64,000 nt of DNA from a virus (lineage: Duplodnaviria > Caudoviricetes), in the IMG/VR virus record IMGVR_UViG_2623620477_000001, positions 10,075-74,074 of that record. The stretch is one strand, 5' to 3'. How positions within the stretch are numbered: the first letter of the stretch is position 1; each line of letters starts with the position of its first letter. The notes beneath the pieces were generated by a model. That model saw only the letters and a program-made list of their open reading frames with translations, did not search any database and had not been told where the DNA came from. Below, piece after piece: positions 38,611-49,712 of the stretch. Position numbers and translations under genes: made by a program.

Positions 38611-39063
38611 TTACTTTTCCTCCTTCCATTTTTCAAACATCTTTTCAGCCTGTATATAAGCACAGTTCGGAACACACATTTCTGAATCTGGATTTACTGT
38701 GTAATAGATTGCGTAAGCGATAGCATCTACCATATCGTGTTTTAGATACAAAAAGTTCGGTTTCTTATTTTCCTTCTTACCCAATTCCGCTTCGATTTCA
38801 TCTCTACCAAAGTTACCTTGTGACAAGATGTTTTCGAGTTCTACTTCATAATCTTCTGCAAGTCGTAGGTTCTGCATAATCTCACGGTGGGATTTCATTG
38901 TAGGGTGATTATCTGCAATATGTCGCATACCTTTGGTTAGTTTAGTAAGAACTCCGAGCGATTTATAAAGATAACTGATTGCATTTGTCAGTTGCTTATG
39001 TGTAATTAAAAGTTCTTCATCAATAACTTTGTTGCGTTCTTTTTCAAAATCTAAATCTGTCAT
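38611..39063 (-). CDS. Hypothetical protein
   Basis: Tightly packed ORF with RBS. Confidence 0.6.
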   Translation of the reverse strand: MTDLDFEKERNKVIDEELLITHKQLTNAISYLYKSLGVLTKLTKGMRHIADNHPTMKSHREIMQNLRLAEDYEVELENILSQGNFGRDEIEAELGKKENKKPNFLYLKHDMVDAIAYAIYYTVNPDSEMCVPNCAYIQAEKMFEKWKEEK

Positions 39064-39472
39064 TCTTAATCTCCTACCTCAAACTTACTGTCATAGTACC
39101 AACAACACATCTTGCAGGAATTACTGTCATCCCATTGTCCGTCACTGTCAAAATGTCCTGTATCATAACCACCTTTTGCCTTGTAAATCTTACACATCTT
39201 ACAAGGGTCTATTACTAAAGGAATATCATTTATATATCCTTCATAACTTTCTAATTGATTTTTTAGTTCTGTCTTTGCCATTTCTATTCAACCTCTTAAT
39301 ACACAATCTCGATATAACTTTCCTGTCCATTTTTACTGAACTCTGTTTGAAAAGTTGCTGATTCAGTTTCGTATTGTGTACGTTTATTTCTTTGTCGCAG
39401 ATAAATCTTACAATCTGGTGAACCAAACTTTTCAGCCATTTCAACTGCTTTCTTCAAATCTTCTAAAGTCAT

Positions 39473-39805
39473 TTATTCACTCTCCTTTAGTTCTGGAAGT
39501 ACAATTTCTTTCCAAGCGATAACATCAGTAATGGAACACCAAGAACCTCTACTGACCCATTCATTATGATTTGTAAGACGTTTTACATCGCAGTCTCCTC
39601 TCGGAAAAACAACCAAAACATCTTTATAAAGTTCTGGTAATTCGTCTTTCACATAATGCCATTCATTAGCCTTGTTAAAGCCGAATTCTGCACCTTTTAG
39701 AAAACCGTCATACCGACCACATTTTAAGACTTCAATCTGCTCTTTAGTTAATAATTTTTTTTCATATCCTGTTGTCGCATATTCTTCTGCTTCTTTCTCA
39801 AACAT
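39473..39805 (-). CDS. DUF551-like protein
   Basis: EWHYVKDELP...VLV...VIAW. Confidence 0.7.
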   Translation of the reverse strand: MFEKEAEEYATTGYEKKLLTKEQIEVLKCGRYDGFLKGAEFGFNKANEWHYVKDELPELYKDVLVVFPRGDCDVKRLTNHNEWVSRGSWCSITDVIAWKEIVLPELKESE

Positions 39806-40109
39806 AGTTACTCCTTCTTTACAAAATCCACTAAATACTTACAACCAAATTGTGAATGTCCTTTACTTCGATTACACTCTGCACACTTGTGAGTATGTTC
39901 ATAACAACAATCTTCGCAATTCTGCCAAACATCAACCATACATTTAATGCAATCTCTTTTTAGTTTTCTTCCGTCTTTTGTATTATTGCAATAAACCATA
40001 ATTTACTCCTTCATAAAATCAATAAAACAGGTTATCCACATATAGACACCCAATACTATTACAATAATTGGAAATAAAGCAATCGAAAGAACTGCGTATA
40101 ATATCTTTA

Positions 40110-40310
40110 TCATTTTTCCACCTCGCTATCTATAACGCAACTTAATTTCACATTTCTTCGGGTATATTTTTTTCGTATTGTTTTGCAACCTTCCTTGAAC
40201 TTTAGATACAAGTAATGGCTATCTTCCCAATAACGTACAACATCCTTGTTTTCTTCTTCTCCACCTGTTCGGTAATCAACTATTACTGTCATTTTTCCAC
40301 CTCGCTATCT
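40110..40310. repeat. 22-bp direct repeat at gene junctions (40110-40131, 40289-40310)
   Basis: AGATAGCGAGGTGGAAAAATGA (minus strand) flanks the 60-aa ORF. Confidence 0.85.
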
Positions 40311-40717
40311 TTAAGGAATTGCTCTGCCTTGTCTTGTATGCTCTTAAAACTCGGACATTTGCTATTACCTTGCCAATTCGCCCACTTTACAAACTCTTTA
40401 ATAATTTCTTTTGCTTTGGTGAGTTGTTGCGTTTTTAAATTTGACGCTTTTTGAAGTTCAGGAGTAAGCAAATTGATAGCATTAAGTCTTGCCCTCAATC
40501 CTGCGTTTTCTTCTTGCAATTCCTTAATATACTGTATCTTTTGTGTAAGGCATTTATTCTCGTATTCCTTCTGACAGATAAAACCACCTTTGTTTTCGGG
40601 ACAATTTTTACAAGAGAGCAAAACGCTGATTTTTTCTTCAAGTTCGGCATTTTCCTTGTAGATTTCACATTCTGACTTATAGCCACAATGTTTGCAATTA
40701 TTATATTTACAACTCAT
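40289..40717 (-). CDS. Hypothetical Cys-rich coiled-coil protein
   Basis: Starts at the junction-repeat ATG. Confidence 0.6.
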   Translation of the reverse strand: MSCKYNNCKHCGYKSECEIYKENAELEEKISVLLSCKNCPENKGGFICQKEYENKCLTQKIQYIKELQEENAGLRARLNAINLLTPELQKASNLKTQQLTKAKEIIKEFVKWANWQGNSKCPSFKSIQDKAEQFLKDSEVEK

Positions 40718-41465
40718 TTTTCTTTTATCTCCTCGGTTCTTCATAATATTTCATTCCATTTGAAACGAGATAAAACATTACTGCTTCTTTATTTTCAAAC
40801 CACTTGATTGTATTACACTTTGGTAACGCACCTTGTACTGAATAATCAATCTTCCATTCAGTATCGAAAAGATTTTTATATGCAAACCATTTATGGTCGC
40901 TATCTCTTTCATCAACAGGAAGATAACACTTCATTTTCTCAATCTGTGCTTGCAGATTAGATATTATTTCGTTCTTCTGCCAAAACATTTTGTCATAGTC
41001 TGTCTCTGCCTGTGACAATTTTTTATTAAGTTCCTTTAATTCAAGTTCACGACCTTCTAACTGATAAGAAACATTTTCAAGTTTGTTTTCAAGGTCTGAA
41101 TAACAGTCAATATAACCGTCATAAAATGAACCATACGATAAACCTTGATTTCTTTTTGAACATACTGAATATCTATTATCTATATGCAATTTCAATTCTT
41201 CTTTATTCATTTTTCTTTTATCTCCTTAAAACTATTTCAATAAATCTTTCAAAACTTCTTTATCGTCTATACAAACCTTAATCAAGAAATCTTCATACCT
41301 TGCTAAAGACTGATACTTGTTGCCTAATACGTCTGTAATTATTGCTCGCTCAAAACAGAAATCTTCCTTTCTTTTTTCTACTTTAAGTATAAGAGAAACA
41401 TTCAAGTCTACAATTTCATCGTCTTTATCAAAAACTTTAACAAACGTCATTTTTCTTTTATCTCC
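40715..41465. repeat. 18-bp direct repeat at three gene junctions (40715, 41208, 41448)
   Basis: GGAGATAAAAGAAAAATG (minus strand), i.e. SD + spacer + ATG, identical three times. Confidence 0.85.
40725..41210 (-). CDS. Hypothetical coiled-coil protein
   Basis: Starts at the junction-repeat ATG; AQIEKMK segment shared with 41447-41710. Confidence 0.6.
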   Translation of the reverse strand: MNKEELKLHIDNRYSVCSKRNQGLSYGSFYDGYIDCYSDLENKLENVSYQLEGRELELKELNKKLSQAETDYDKMFWQKNEIISNLQAQIEKMKCYLPVDERDSDHKWFAYKNLFDTEWKIDYSVQGALPKCNTIKWFENKEAVMFYLVSNGMKYYEEPRR

Positions 41466-42679
41466 CATTTTTTACAGTTACGACAACATTCAGAAGGTTT
41501 CATTCCTTTACCTTGCTCTGCTAGTTCTATTAAGCACTGCTGATAATTCTTGCAGTTACACCAATTTTTCATTTTCTCAATCTGTGCTTCTAACTCTCGC
41601 ACTTTTTCATCGTGCTTTCTTTTTTCCATTTCTTCACAATAATCAAACTCTTTGTCTGTCATCTTCCTAACTCCTTTGTTTAAGTCTGACCAAGTTGGTA
41701 AATCTTTCATTACCTACCTCCTAATCTGGTTCAAACTCGTGCTCTTTGAACTCAACGTCATACAACTTTTCCCTAACCTGTTTTTTCATTTCATCAGTAA
41801 TTTCTACTGGATCTTTTGAATAATCGTCATACGCTTTTACATATTCAACTTCATCAATTGTGAAGTCTCCGTCGGGTGGTTCGCATCCGTAACCCCAAGA
41901 ATCTCCGCTACTGTACCACCCTGTTGCTTCTGCTCTGACATCAACATCAATGTCACCTTCATCGGTGTACAGTGTAACAGTTCCGTAATAATACATATTA
42001 CTCATTTCTGCTCTCCTTCCAAAACCAGATATTCAATGAACTTCACATCCTGTGCTGTCAAACGCTGTTTCTTCTGCATTTCTTCAATTTCTGCTCGTTC
42101 AAGTGCCAACCGATTTTCAATTTCATCAAGTCTGTTTTTTACACATATAAAAGTTCCAACGAAGAATGTTATCAACAAGAACGTAAGAACTATCATTACC
42201 TTTTCTGCCAAGTTTCCCCTCCATCTAATGAACACAGTTTTGTTTTTTCTGTATCGGTAATCATAATCGTATCACCGTAGAAACATACATCGAGATAGTG
42301 AATACCACTTTCTTTTATGATGTTCAAAATCTCTGTAGTTTTCTCTTTCAGCAAATCTTCGTTCATTTCAACACCCCATATTTCGTTTTATTACCAACAT
42401 CTATTTCATAGAGCAATACTCCGTGATTTTCGCACTTAATTAAAAATGCGTTAGTAAGGCTATACCCCATTTTTGATGCTTCACTCTTCGTCATTTCCTT
42501 CTGTTTCAGAACTTCCACAAGTTCCAGCTCTTTCTTCGTCAGATAATGTTCCCACATCATTCTTACCTTTTTTGAAAAACGCTTCCATTCCAAACTCTAC
42601 TCCAACTGCAACAGAGATAACAATTGCACACACAAAGAATAGAAACAAAACTAACACCAAAAATGTTTTGATAATAACA

Positions 42680-43348
42680 CTAAGCATACTTCCTCCTTGA
42701 TTTACGTTTGCTTTCCCAATCAAAAGTCAACGTTGTACACACTTCTGTAAATCTGTCGAAAACAGCAGTTCCCAAAAAGTTTACAAACGATTTTTTCGAT
42801 GCGTTAGTTACAAGAACTGTCGGTTTATTGTTTTCATATCTCATACAGATTATCTGCATCAACACAAACTTTTCTGTCGTATCATTTACAAAGTATTTGC
42901 AGCACTCATCAATTACAAGCATATCTACTTTAGAATAATGTCTGATAAGTTCCTCTCGGTTCATATCAACCTTATAACCTGTCGCCGAATCATACTTCAT
43001 ACACAGCATTGACGATGTGATATATTCACCACCACATTCTCGAATAATGGAACAAGCAAGATGCGACTTTCCCGTTCCATTATTCCCACACAAAACTAAC
43101 ATTCTATTGTACGGATTCTTCGCAAAATCCATTACTGTTTTCAACGCACTTCCATTAAGTGCCGTTTCTTCATAAGTAGCAAAACTTTCACAAAAAAACT
43201 TCTCGGGAACTCCACTCTCCTTATATTTCTTATATCTATCTTCATTTCGAAACTTCTCTTGCATCGCATCGTATGCACATATCTTTTCTTCTGTTTCTTC
43301 TTGAGGCAAGATTGTATCCAACCCCTTAAACATTGGAAATGTTTTCAT
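42680..43348 (-). CDS. DnaC/IstB-like helicase loader ATPase
   Basis: SGVPEKF, GNNGTGKSHLACSI, LVIDE, RYEN.KPT..TN, DR. Confidence 0.9.
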   Translation of the reverse strand: MKTFPMFKGLDTILPQEETEEKICAYDAMQEKFRNEDRYKKYKESGVPEKFFCESFATYEETALNGSALKTVMDFAKNPYNRMLVLCGNNGTGKSHLACSIIRECGGEYITSSMLCMKYDSATGYKVDMNREELIRHYSKVDMLVIDECCKYFVNDTTEKFVLMQIICMRYENNKPTVLVTNASKKSFVNFLGTAVFDRFTEVCTTLTFDWESKRKSRRKYA

Positions 43349-43356
43349 AACAACTC

Positions 43357-44067
43357 CTAGAAATCAACCTCTCCGACATCTGAATCATTATCTATTCTTC
43401 CGTCAGTTGCATTTATCAATTGTGCCAACATACCTGCTGAAAGAATTGTTGTAAGCACATACCCTTTTGAAACAATAAACTTATTGTCTATGGATCTGCG
43501 AACAGCATCTAAAATCTTTTCAAGACCATATTTTTCAATACAATCTTTTGTCAATTTTCTACTCTGTGCCCAATTCACTATTGGTTTTTCACTTTTTACA
43601 ACTCCTCTTTCATAAAGTTGCTGATAGTTCAAAGCATACTCTTTTTCGACTCTTTCAATATCATTCTTTGGAACTCTCTCGGTTAATGGAACTCTCTGTG
43701 GCGTTTCTGCAACCTTTACTGGCTGATTGCATTTATACGCGCCTGTTTTTTCAACCTCTAAAGTTGATTTTTCGTTCAGATACTTTGTTTCTGTGTATCT
43801 ATCACTACGAAGATAATTGTTTATTCTCCAATGGCGAATAACAACAATTCCACTGTCGAACGGAATCAAGAAGAACTTTGCAATAAGAATCTTCAAATCA
43901 TCTTCACTTGCCATACATTGTCGCATTATCGCTTTTGGCGAATCGACAAAGCCATCATCATCTGCAACCATATTTAATGTAAAATACAGACATCTCGCTG
44001 TTGCTGGCATATCCAAAAATGCGTCAGACAACACAATCGACTTTGCAAACATACGTCTATTTGCCGT
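43357..44067 (-). CDS. Phage replisome organizer / replication initiator, probable ACG start
   Basis: (M)ANRRMFAKSIVLSDAFLDMP.TARCLYF.L...ADDDGFV..PK; GGAGGT-9nt-ACG GCA AAT AGA CGT ATG. Confidence 0.85.
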   Translation of the reverse strand, partial: TANRRMFAKSIVLSDAFLDMPATARCLYFTLNMVADDDGFVDSPKAIMRQCMASEDDLKILIAKFFLIPFDSGIVVIRHWRINNYLRSDRYTETKYLNEKSTLEVEKTGAYKCNQPVKVAETPQRVPLTERVPKNDIERVEKEYALNYQQLYERGVVKSEKPIVNWAQSRKLTKDCIEKYGLEKILDAVRRSIDNKFIVSKGYVLTTILSAGMLAQLINATDGRIDNDSDVGEVDF

Positions 44068-44114
44068 AGGTCATCTACCTCCCTGTCATTTTTGACATAT
44101 TACTTTATTAAAAC

Positions 44115-44247
44115 AAAAATCCTTGATTCAACAGACTGCGGTTGGTAATTCCGATAACTCCCAAAGAAACTAAAGAGTTAATTCAATCTGCTGAACCAAG
44201 GATTCTGCACAGTTTCTTTGTTTGTATTTAAGGTTTACCAGACCTTA
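44115..44247 (-). promoter_or_regulatory. Structured leader/attenuator of replication operon
   Basis: Small hairpin (loop CTGGTAA) plus 20-bp stem 44119-44203 whose only non-WC pairs are G.U on the minus strand, followed by a U tract. Confidence 0.65.
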
Positions 44248-44252
44248 TCTGT

Positions 44253-44296
44253 AGTATATCACTTACTCATTATGGTGTATAGTTCGCACGTGCGAA
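44253..44296 (-). promoter_or_regulatory. Extended -10 promoter with upstream palindrome
   Basis: TTCGCACGTGCGAA (44283-44296), poor -35, TGaTATACT. Confidence 0.55.
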
Positions 44297-44641
44297 TTAT
44301 TGCTTAAAATCCATTATTGATTGATACAACTCATAAAGCATTTCTTCACACGCTTTCATATCGTTATAAACATCAATCATTTCGTATGGTGCTCCATTTT
44401 TTCCGTGTCCGTTATCATCAAGCCATAAATACGCTTCATAACTTGGGTCGTAACTGTCGTAGTATTCACGCAACTTATCTTCAATTTCTCCAAGAGTTTT
44501 ATATTCAAGTTCTACATTAAAATCTTGTCCTGCTGGAGAATACTGGCTGAACATTACTAACTTAGTTCCACCTTCGTTTTTATCCCAAGTTACAGTCCAG
44601 CCAAGTTCTTCTGCAATCTTTTCAATTTTTGCTTTTGTCAT
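44297..44641 (-). CDS. Hypothetical protein
   Basis: YSPAGQDF...YD...E..LW...GHGKNGAPY motif. Confidence 0.65.
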   Translation of the reverse strand: MTKAKIEKIAEELGWTVTWDKNEGGTKLVMFSQYSPAGQDFNVELEYKTLGEIEDKLREYYDSYDPSYEAYLWLDDNGHGKNGAPYEMIDVYNDMKACEEMLYELYQSIMDFKQ

Positions 44642-46103
44642 TATAAATCTCCTTACCAAGCAATTCTTATTGAACTATGCTTTGGACAATTGGCTTCAAA
44701 TCCGTTCTGTTCAAAATATTTAAGCACTTCTTCAATTTCAATTTTAGAAGGACAAGGACACTCGTGTTTCCAACAATTGCAAGATACATCACTCCACCAT
44801 TTGTGAATAAATCTAACTCCGCCATTAGATGCTGTTTCTTTAACCAATCTTTCACAATTTTCAATCACCTTACTTACAACATCTTTTCTTATTGTAGATG
44901 CTTGTAAGTTTCTAATTTCATCTGCTGTCATTATTTTTTCTCCTTTGCTTTGTATCTGCACTTTTTCTTGTCACCATAACAACTTGCATATTTATATTCC
45001 ACTTTACAAATTGAACAAGTCGAATAAGTAGGTGGTTCATAATACTTACAAGGTTTCTTTTTGTTCATCTTTATTGTCCTCTATCTTTCTTTCCCAATAT
45101 AACTTCGATATAATCGAATCCAACCTTACTCCAAGTGGTGAATATGAAATGACGTGTCGCTTTCGTTCAGACAGTATCATAAGCACCAAATCTACATCTG
45201 ATTTTTCTTCGAGTTCTTTTTTAGTCATTTAGTCCTCCCAAACTTCCAACATTCCGTATTCGAGAATGTCATGCAAATCTGAATGCCTACACCCGATGTA
45301 ATTACCATTAAGCCAATCTTTGAACATTCGTTCATTTCCAATTTTCATATTACCTTTCTTAACCTGTTCTTTTACTTCTTTACGGAGTTTCCTAATAGAA
45401 GTGGTAACAAGAATGATGTCTCTTGAACTGTACTCTTTCCAAGCATTACAACTCGAAAGGACATAAATGTTTTTCATTTTCCCTCCCTCTTCTTAAGCCA
45501 ATCACTGTACTTAAGAGGTTTGAGTTTCATTCCTCTCATAATTTTCTCATACGCGCAATATTCTTTTAATGTCTGGCTAATATAACTCTTTTCTTCTCTC
45601 TTCATAACAACCACTTATGGATATGTATATCCGTATGCTTTACGAACCTTCTTATAACGGCTTTTGTTTCGTTTTCTTAATTCTGTGTTTTCATTTAGTC
45701 TATCCTCAATCCAGGTTGCCAAGAACCAAAGACTGTTTACACCATCTTCTAGTGCAGAACCAACTCCAACAACACCTTCATAATCAAGATGTTGTTCGTC
45801 TTTACAGTATTCATTGATTGCTAACACAACGTTCATTCGGATCTTCTGAACTTCTGACAACTGTGTAGTCAAAACGTCTCTTAATTGTTCTGTATTCATT
45901 TAATCTCCTCAAATGTAATGCAATCTACACAATCAACTGTCATTGTTACTTCCGCAATTTCTGATGCTGTATTTGCTTTTTCGACGTCAGTGAATACTGT
46001 TGCATCATAATCGTGTACATACCAACCTTTGCTACTGGCATTCCAATAAGCCTTGTCGCCATTCATATACCTTCCAACTACTCTGTACTTCATTACTAAC
46101 TCC

Positions 46104-46538
46104 TTAAACAGCGTACTTAATTTCCTGCTTGCTACTCCACTTTTCCATCATTGGTTTAACAAGTGTCTCAATACAGGTATTTGTTACAACAACTGTTTCT
46201 TTATCATTCTTATCCCATTCGCGATTAAGAATACACAGCCCATCGACATCGATACGACTGATTGTTTTTTTGTACACACCGAAGTGGTCGAATGTGCTAA
46301 TATCGAAACTAAAATCGTCATTCTGCTCTCTATCAGTCTCTTTTAGAACACTACCTACATCGTGACTGTAACTATTTTTAACCGTGTAATAAGTCTTACC
46401 CTTTGTGAAAGTATGATAAAAGTATCTCCACTGTTCTGACAAAAGCCAATTTATAAGTTCATTCATCGAGCCAAACATTTCGTTATACTTTTCATATCTG
46501 TTTCCATAGATATGATTTGTTACATAAACCTTAATCAT
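46104..46538 (-). CDS. Hypothetical protein
   Basis: Coupled to upstream SSB-like gene. Confidence 0.6.
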   Translation of the reverse strand: MIKVYVTNHIYGNRYEKYNEMFGSMNELINWLLSEQWRYFYHTFTKGKTYYTVKNSYSHDVGSVLKETDREQNDDFSFDISTFDHFGVYKKTISRIDVDGLCILNREWDKNDKETVVVTNTCIETLVKPMMEKWSSKQEIKYAV

Positions 46539-46872
46539 TATTTTTCTCCTTCATAATTTTATACTCAATATGTTCTGCAATAATCACAACCTTTGAATGA
46601 GACTTACCAGTGCTGTCTCTCCAACACTCCTGTTTCATTCTTCCAACAACTCTGATTTCACGATTAAGAATCGCGTTCCTTTTTACATTTTCTGCCATAT
46701 TCCCATAGCATAAGATTTCAAAGTGACTTACCTCTGTCTGCATCTGGTTGTTTCTGTCTCTGTACTGACGAGCCACTCCAATCTCGAAATCTGCACTTGG
46801 AACTCCAAGCTCATGAAATGCTACTTCTCTTGTAACATTTCCTTCAATAATCAAACTATTCATCTGGTCCAT
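46531..46872 (-). CDS. Short single-stranded DNA-binding protein (no acidic tail)
   Basis: MNSLIIEGN.TR, IRVVGR.KQ..W.D..G...SKVVIIAEHIE. Confidence 0.85.
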   Translation of the reverse strand: MDQMNSLIIEGNVTREVAFHELGVPSADFEIGVARQYRDRNNQMQTEVSHFEILCYGNMAENVKRNAILNREIRVVGRMKQECWRDSTGKSHSKVVIIAEHIEYKIMKEKNND

Positions 46873-46881
46873 ATTTACCTC

Positions 46882-47190
46882 CTATGAAACCTGTAAAACA
46901 TAATCTGCTATAAACATCATCTTTGGATTCTTGCTTGTACCTTTCTGCCAAGACTCAAGATGACCCGATAGAGACACTTCCTTATTCATTGCAATACCCT
47001 TTTTCTTTGCTTCTTCCCAAACATTCTTCTGCATTATGCAGGAAAACTTTAAGATACTTGAAGAATATGTGTTATCAATACGATTTGCTTTTCCTTCAAT
47101 CTTCACACTACCAGCGAACTCCCCACTTAATTCTTTCAAGTAATAAACTCTTCCTGTAACTGACCAATCATTCATTGACATATAATTCAT
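46882..47190 (-). CDS. SSB-like OB-fold protein
   Basis: MN.W.VTGR, V.LSGHL.SW, FIAD pattern. Confidence 0.55.
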   Translation of the reverse strand: MNYMSMNDWSVTGRVYYLKELSGEFAGSVKIEGKANRIDNTYSSSILKFSCIMQKNVWEEAKKKGIAMNKEVSLSGHLESWQKGTSKNPKMMFIADYVLQVS

Positions 47191-47926
47191 TTAACAACCT
47201 CCTCTGAAAGTATTCGCATAAGTTTCAATATTGAATCAGAAGAACCATATACGATTTTTACGCCGCACTCATCATCTTCTTCAGTTATATCAGTAACAGC
47301 CATTACGATTCCAAATCTTGCAAGTTTCAACTCATCGTGGTACTCATCTACAAGATTTTTTATTTTGTTTGCAAATTCAATTGCAATTTCATCTTTTACT
47401 TTTATAGATTTCATTATTCTCGAGATAATCATATCTTTATCTATTTCATCATAAGTTCCGTCTTCAATCTTTTTTCTTAACGATTCTTCCATCTTATTCC
47501 TCCTCTACTTTAATGATGTGATACTCGCAGTTATCCAATCCATAAATCTTTATACATTCTTCGACAGAACTAACGATACATTCCTGTTTATGAAACTTGC
47601 CATCGAAACAATACTCATCACGATACTCAAACCATACATGAACCATTATTTTGCCTCCAAGTATATGAAGAAGTCTGAATTATCTTCAAAACGGATCATA
47701 AATTGCATCCTATAACATTCAGATTTTTCGCGTTTATCAACAGACATCAGTCTTATTTCGTTTATCTGATATATCCAATACTCCTTAAAAACTTTTGTGA
47801 ACACTTCTGCTTTCACCGTTTCGCCAAAACCAAGTTCAGCAAGTTTCTTTTTTCCTTCTTTTACTTCTTCTGCAATTTCCTTGCTTTTTGTTTCATAACT
47901 TTCTTCAAGTGATTCCATTCTAGTCA

Positions 47927-48208
47927 TTAGAAATCCTCCTCATCTTCAAGTTCATATTCATCTTCAATTGTGTCATCATCCATTTCGATTTCGTAATCAT
48001 CGTCATCATCGTCGTCATCGCAACGTTCATTACACTTATCAATCATATCTGCTGACACACACAACAAGTGGTTGTAATCTGAACTCATCGCATCCTTAAG
48101 ATATGCGTCAATTTCTTCTTTTGTGAAGTTACACTCTTTCATTGCTCTCTGTGTGTACCCCATAACGCTATATGCGTTTCCGTCAATTCCTACTAAACAA
48201 TAACTCAT
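47927..48208 (-). CDS. Hypothetical acidic-tailed phage protein
   Basis: LVGIDGNAYSVMG...AM..DY.HLL motif. Confidence 0.65.
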   Translation of the reverse strand: MSYCLVGIDGNAYSVMGYTQRAMKECNFTKEEIDAYLKDAMSSDYNHLLCVSADMIDKCNERCDDDDDDDDYEIEMDDDTIEDEYELEDEEDF

Positions 48209-48473
48209 TATTCTTCCTCCTCGGCTAATCGTTTGTAATATTCGTTTTCTGCTTCAATATCTCTAGTGTCATATGTTCTATACATTGTTTCTGCTTCAAA
48301 ATATTCTTTCACTAAAGATTCCAACTTTTGCTCGAACTCACCAAGAATCTTATTCTCGATTAGATGTTCTGACATATTTTCATCAAGTTCAACTTTGACT
48401 GTGATAATCGGCATCATTCCAACTGACCTATCACCAATATCTTCAATAAAGATTGTGAACTTATCATCACCCA

Positions 48474-48947
48474 TTACGACACCTCCTTTTCCTTCACAAC
48501 TTCAACTCCCCACTTGGCGCGGATGTCATTCATCTTATTGTGAGAGTAAATGTGCTTTTTCTTTGTGCCACTGTAAACCCAAGCCTTTTTGCTTGCAGAG
48601 AACCAAAATCCAAGTTCTTTCAGTTGGTCTTTGTACTCTTTAGATTCAAAACACCAAATCCACTGACCGATTATTTCAATACGCATATTGAAGTCGATTA
48701 CCTTATTAAGAACATCTTTGAACGTATCTTTACTGAAGTCATAATGGATTTTCTGTTTCTCTACTGGAAGTTCCTTGTTTTCCTCATCAATTCTCTTGTT
48801 GAGTTCTACTCCAAATCTTTCAAGCAATTCCACATACTGCTCATCAATTTCTTTCTTGATGTCAGCATCAGACTTCCAACGCTTAAGAAGATTAAGGTAT
48901 TCGCCTTTCAACTGTTCAATTGATTCTGCACTTCCAAACCATTCCAT
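48474..48947 (-). CDS. Degenerate J-domain-like phage protein
   Basis: F......EQLK..Y..L.K (HPD motif lost), IEIIG.WIW, KD.LKELGF.F...KKAW. Confidence 0.6.
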   Translation of the reverse strand: MEWFGSAESIEQLKGEYLNLLKRWKSDADIKKEIDEQYVELLERFGVELNKRIDEENKELPVEKQKIHYDFSKDTFKDVLNKVIDFNMRIEIIGQWIWCFESKEYKDQLKELGFWFSASKKAWVYSGTKKKHIYSHNKMNDIRAKWGVEVVKEKEVS

Positions 48948-48950
48948 TGT

Positions 48951-49247
48951 CTACCTCCTTATTTGAGCCGTCTTATTCAGCCCTAATTTCTTTAATCTGT
49001 TATATACGGTATCAACTGTTATGTTGTGCTCGTAAGCAATTTCTTTTGGGGTCTTTATCTTGATGTCTTCTTCAAGTTCCCAATCAGTTATCTTTTGAAC
49101 TATTATTTGATGCCTAACACACCATTTCCAAAATGTGATTTTCTTCAACCCATAATAATCTGCAATCTGTTGTGCACTCATTCTGCAAATCATTTGCTGA
49201 ACTTCTACAGGTTTTAGGTGTGCCGTCTTGTACTCAACCATTCCCAT
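48951..49247 (-). CDS. Double HTH protein
   Basis: SAQQIADYYG and TPKEIAYEHN...TVYNRLKKLG. Confidence 0.65.
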   Translation of the reverse strand: MGMVEYKTAHLKPVEVQQMICRMSAQQIADYYGLKKITFWKWCVRHQIIVQKITDWELEEDIKIKTPKEIAYEHNITVDTVYNRLKKLGLNKTAQIRR

Positions 49248-49256
49248 AACATCACC

Positions 49257-49712
49257 TCACAAATAAGGATCTTCAATTCTCGAACCAACTTTTACGATGT
49301 CTGCAAGAGGGATTTTTAATCCACAATCATAGGTTTTTACCTCGTTATGCTCATTTATAAAAATCTCTGTCACAATCACCAGAAAACTATTTTCAAACGT
49401 ATCATTAAACTCATATCGATAATGCAACGCGCATTTCTTAATAAGTTTACCTCTTTCTCTGAAAGTAATCATTTCAAGACCGTGGCTTGCACCTTGTTGC
49501 TGGAATAAATCAGGATGTTTGTAAGTAAGTTCTTGCCACTTGAAACTTCGTTTCATAAACTCGCAAAACTTGATGTAGAAATCTGATCTTGTAGGATTTT
49601 TGTTCTTATATTCAGTCCACCAACTTACTACCTCATTATCTTTACTATCGTAACAAGCTCCAATGAAGAAATCGGTAGGAGTTGCAGTCTCTAAAGTTAC
49701 TGGTTTATACAT
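49257..49712 (-). CDS. Hypothetical protein
   Basis: ORF with RBS in early cluster. Confidence 0.55.
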   Translation of the reverse strand: MYKPVTLETATPTDFFIGACYDSKDNEVVSWWTEYKNKNPTRSDFYIKFCEFMKRSFKWQELTYKHPDLFQQQGASHGLEMITFRERGKLIKKCALHYRYEFNDTFENSFLVIVTEIFINEHNEVKTYDCGLKIPLADIVKVGSRIEDPYL

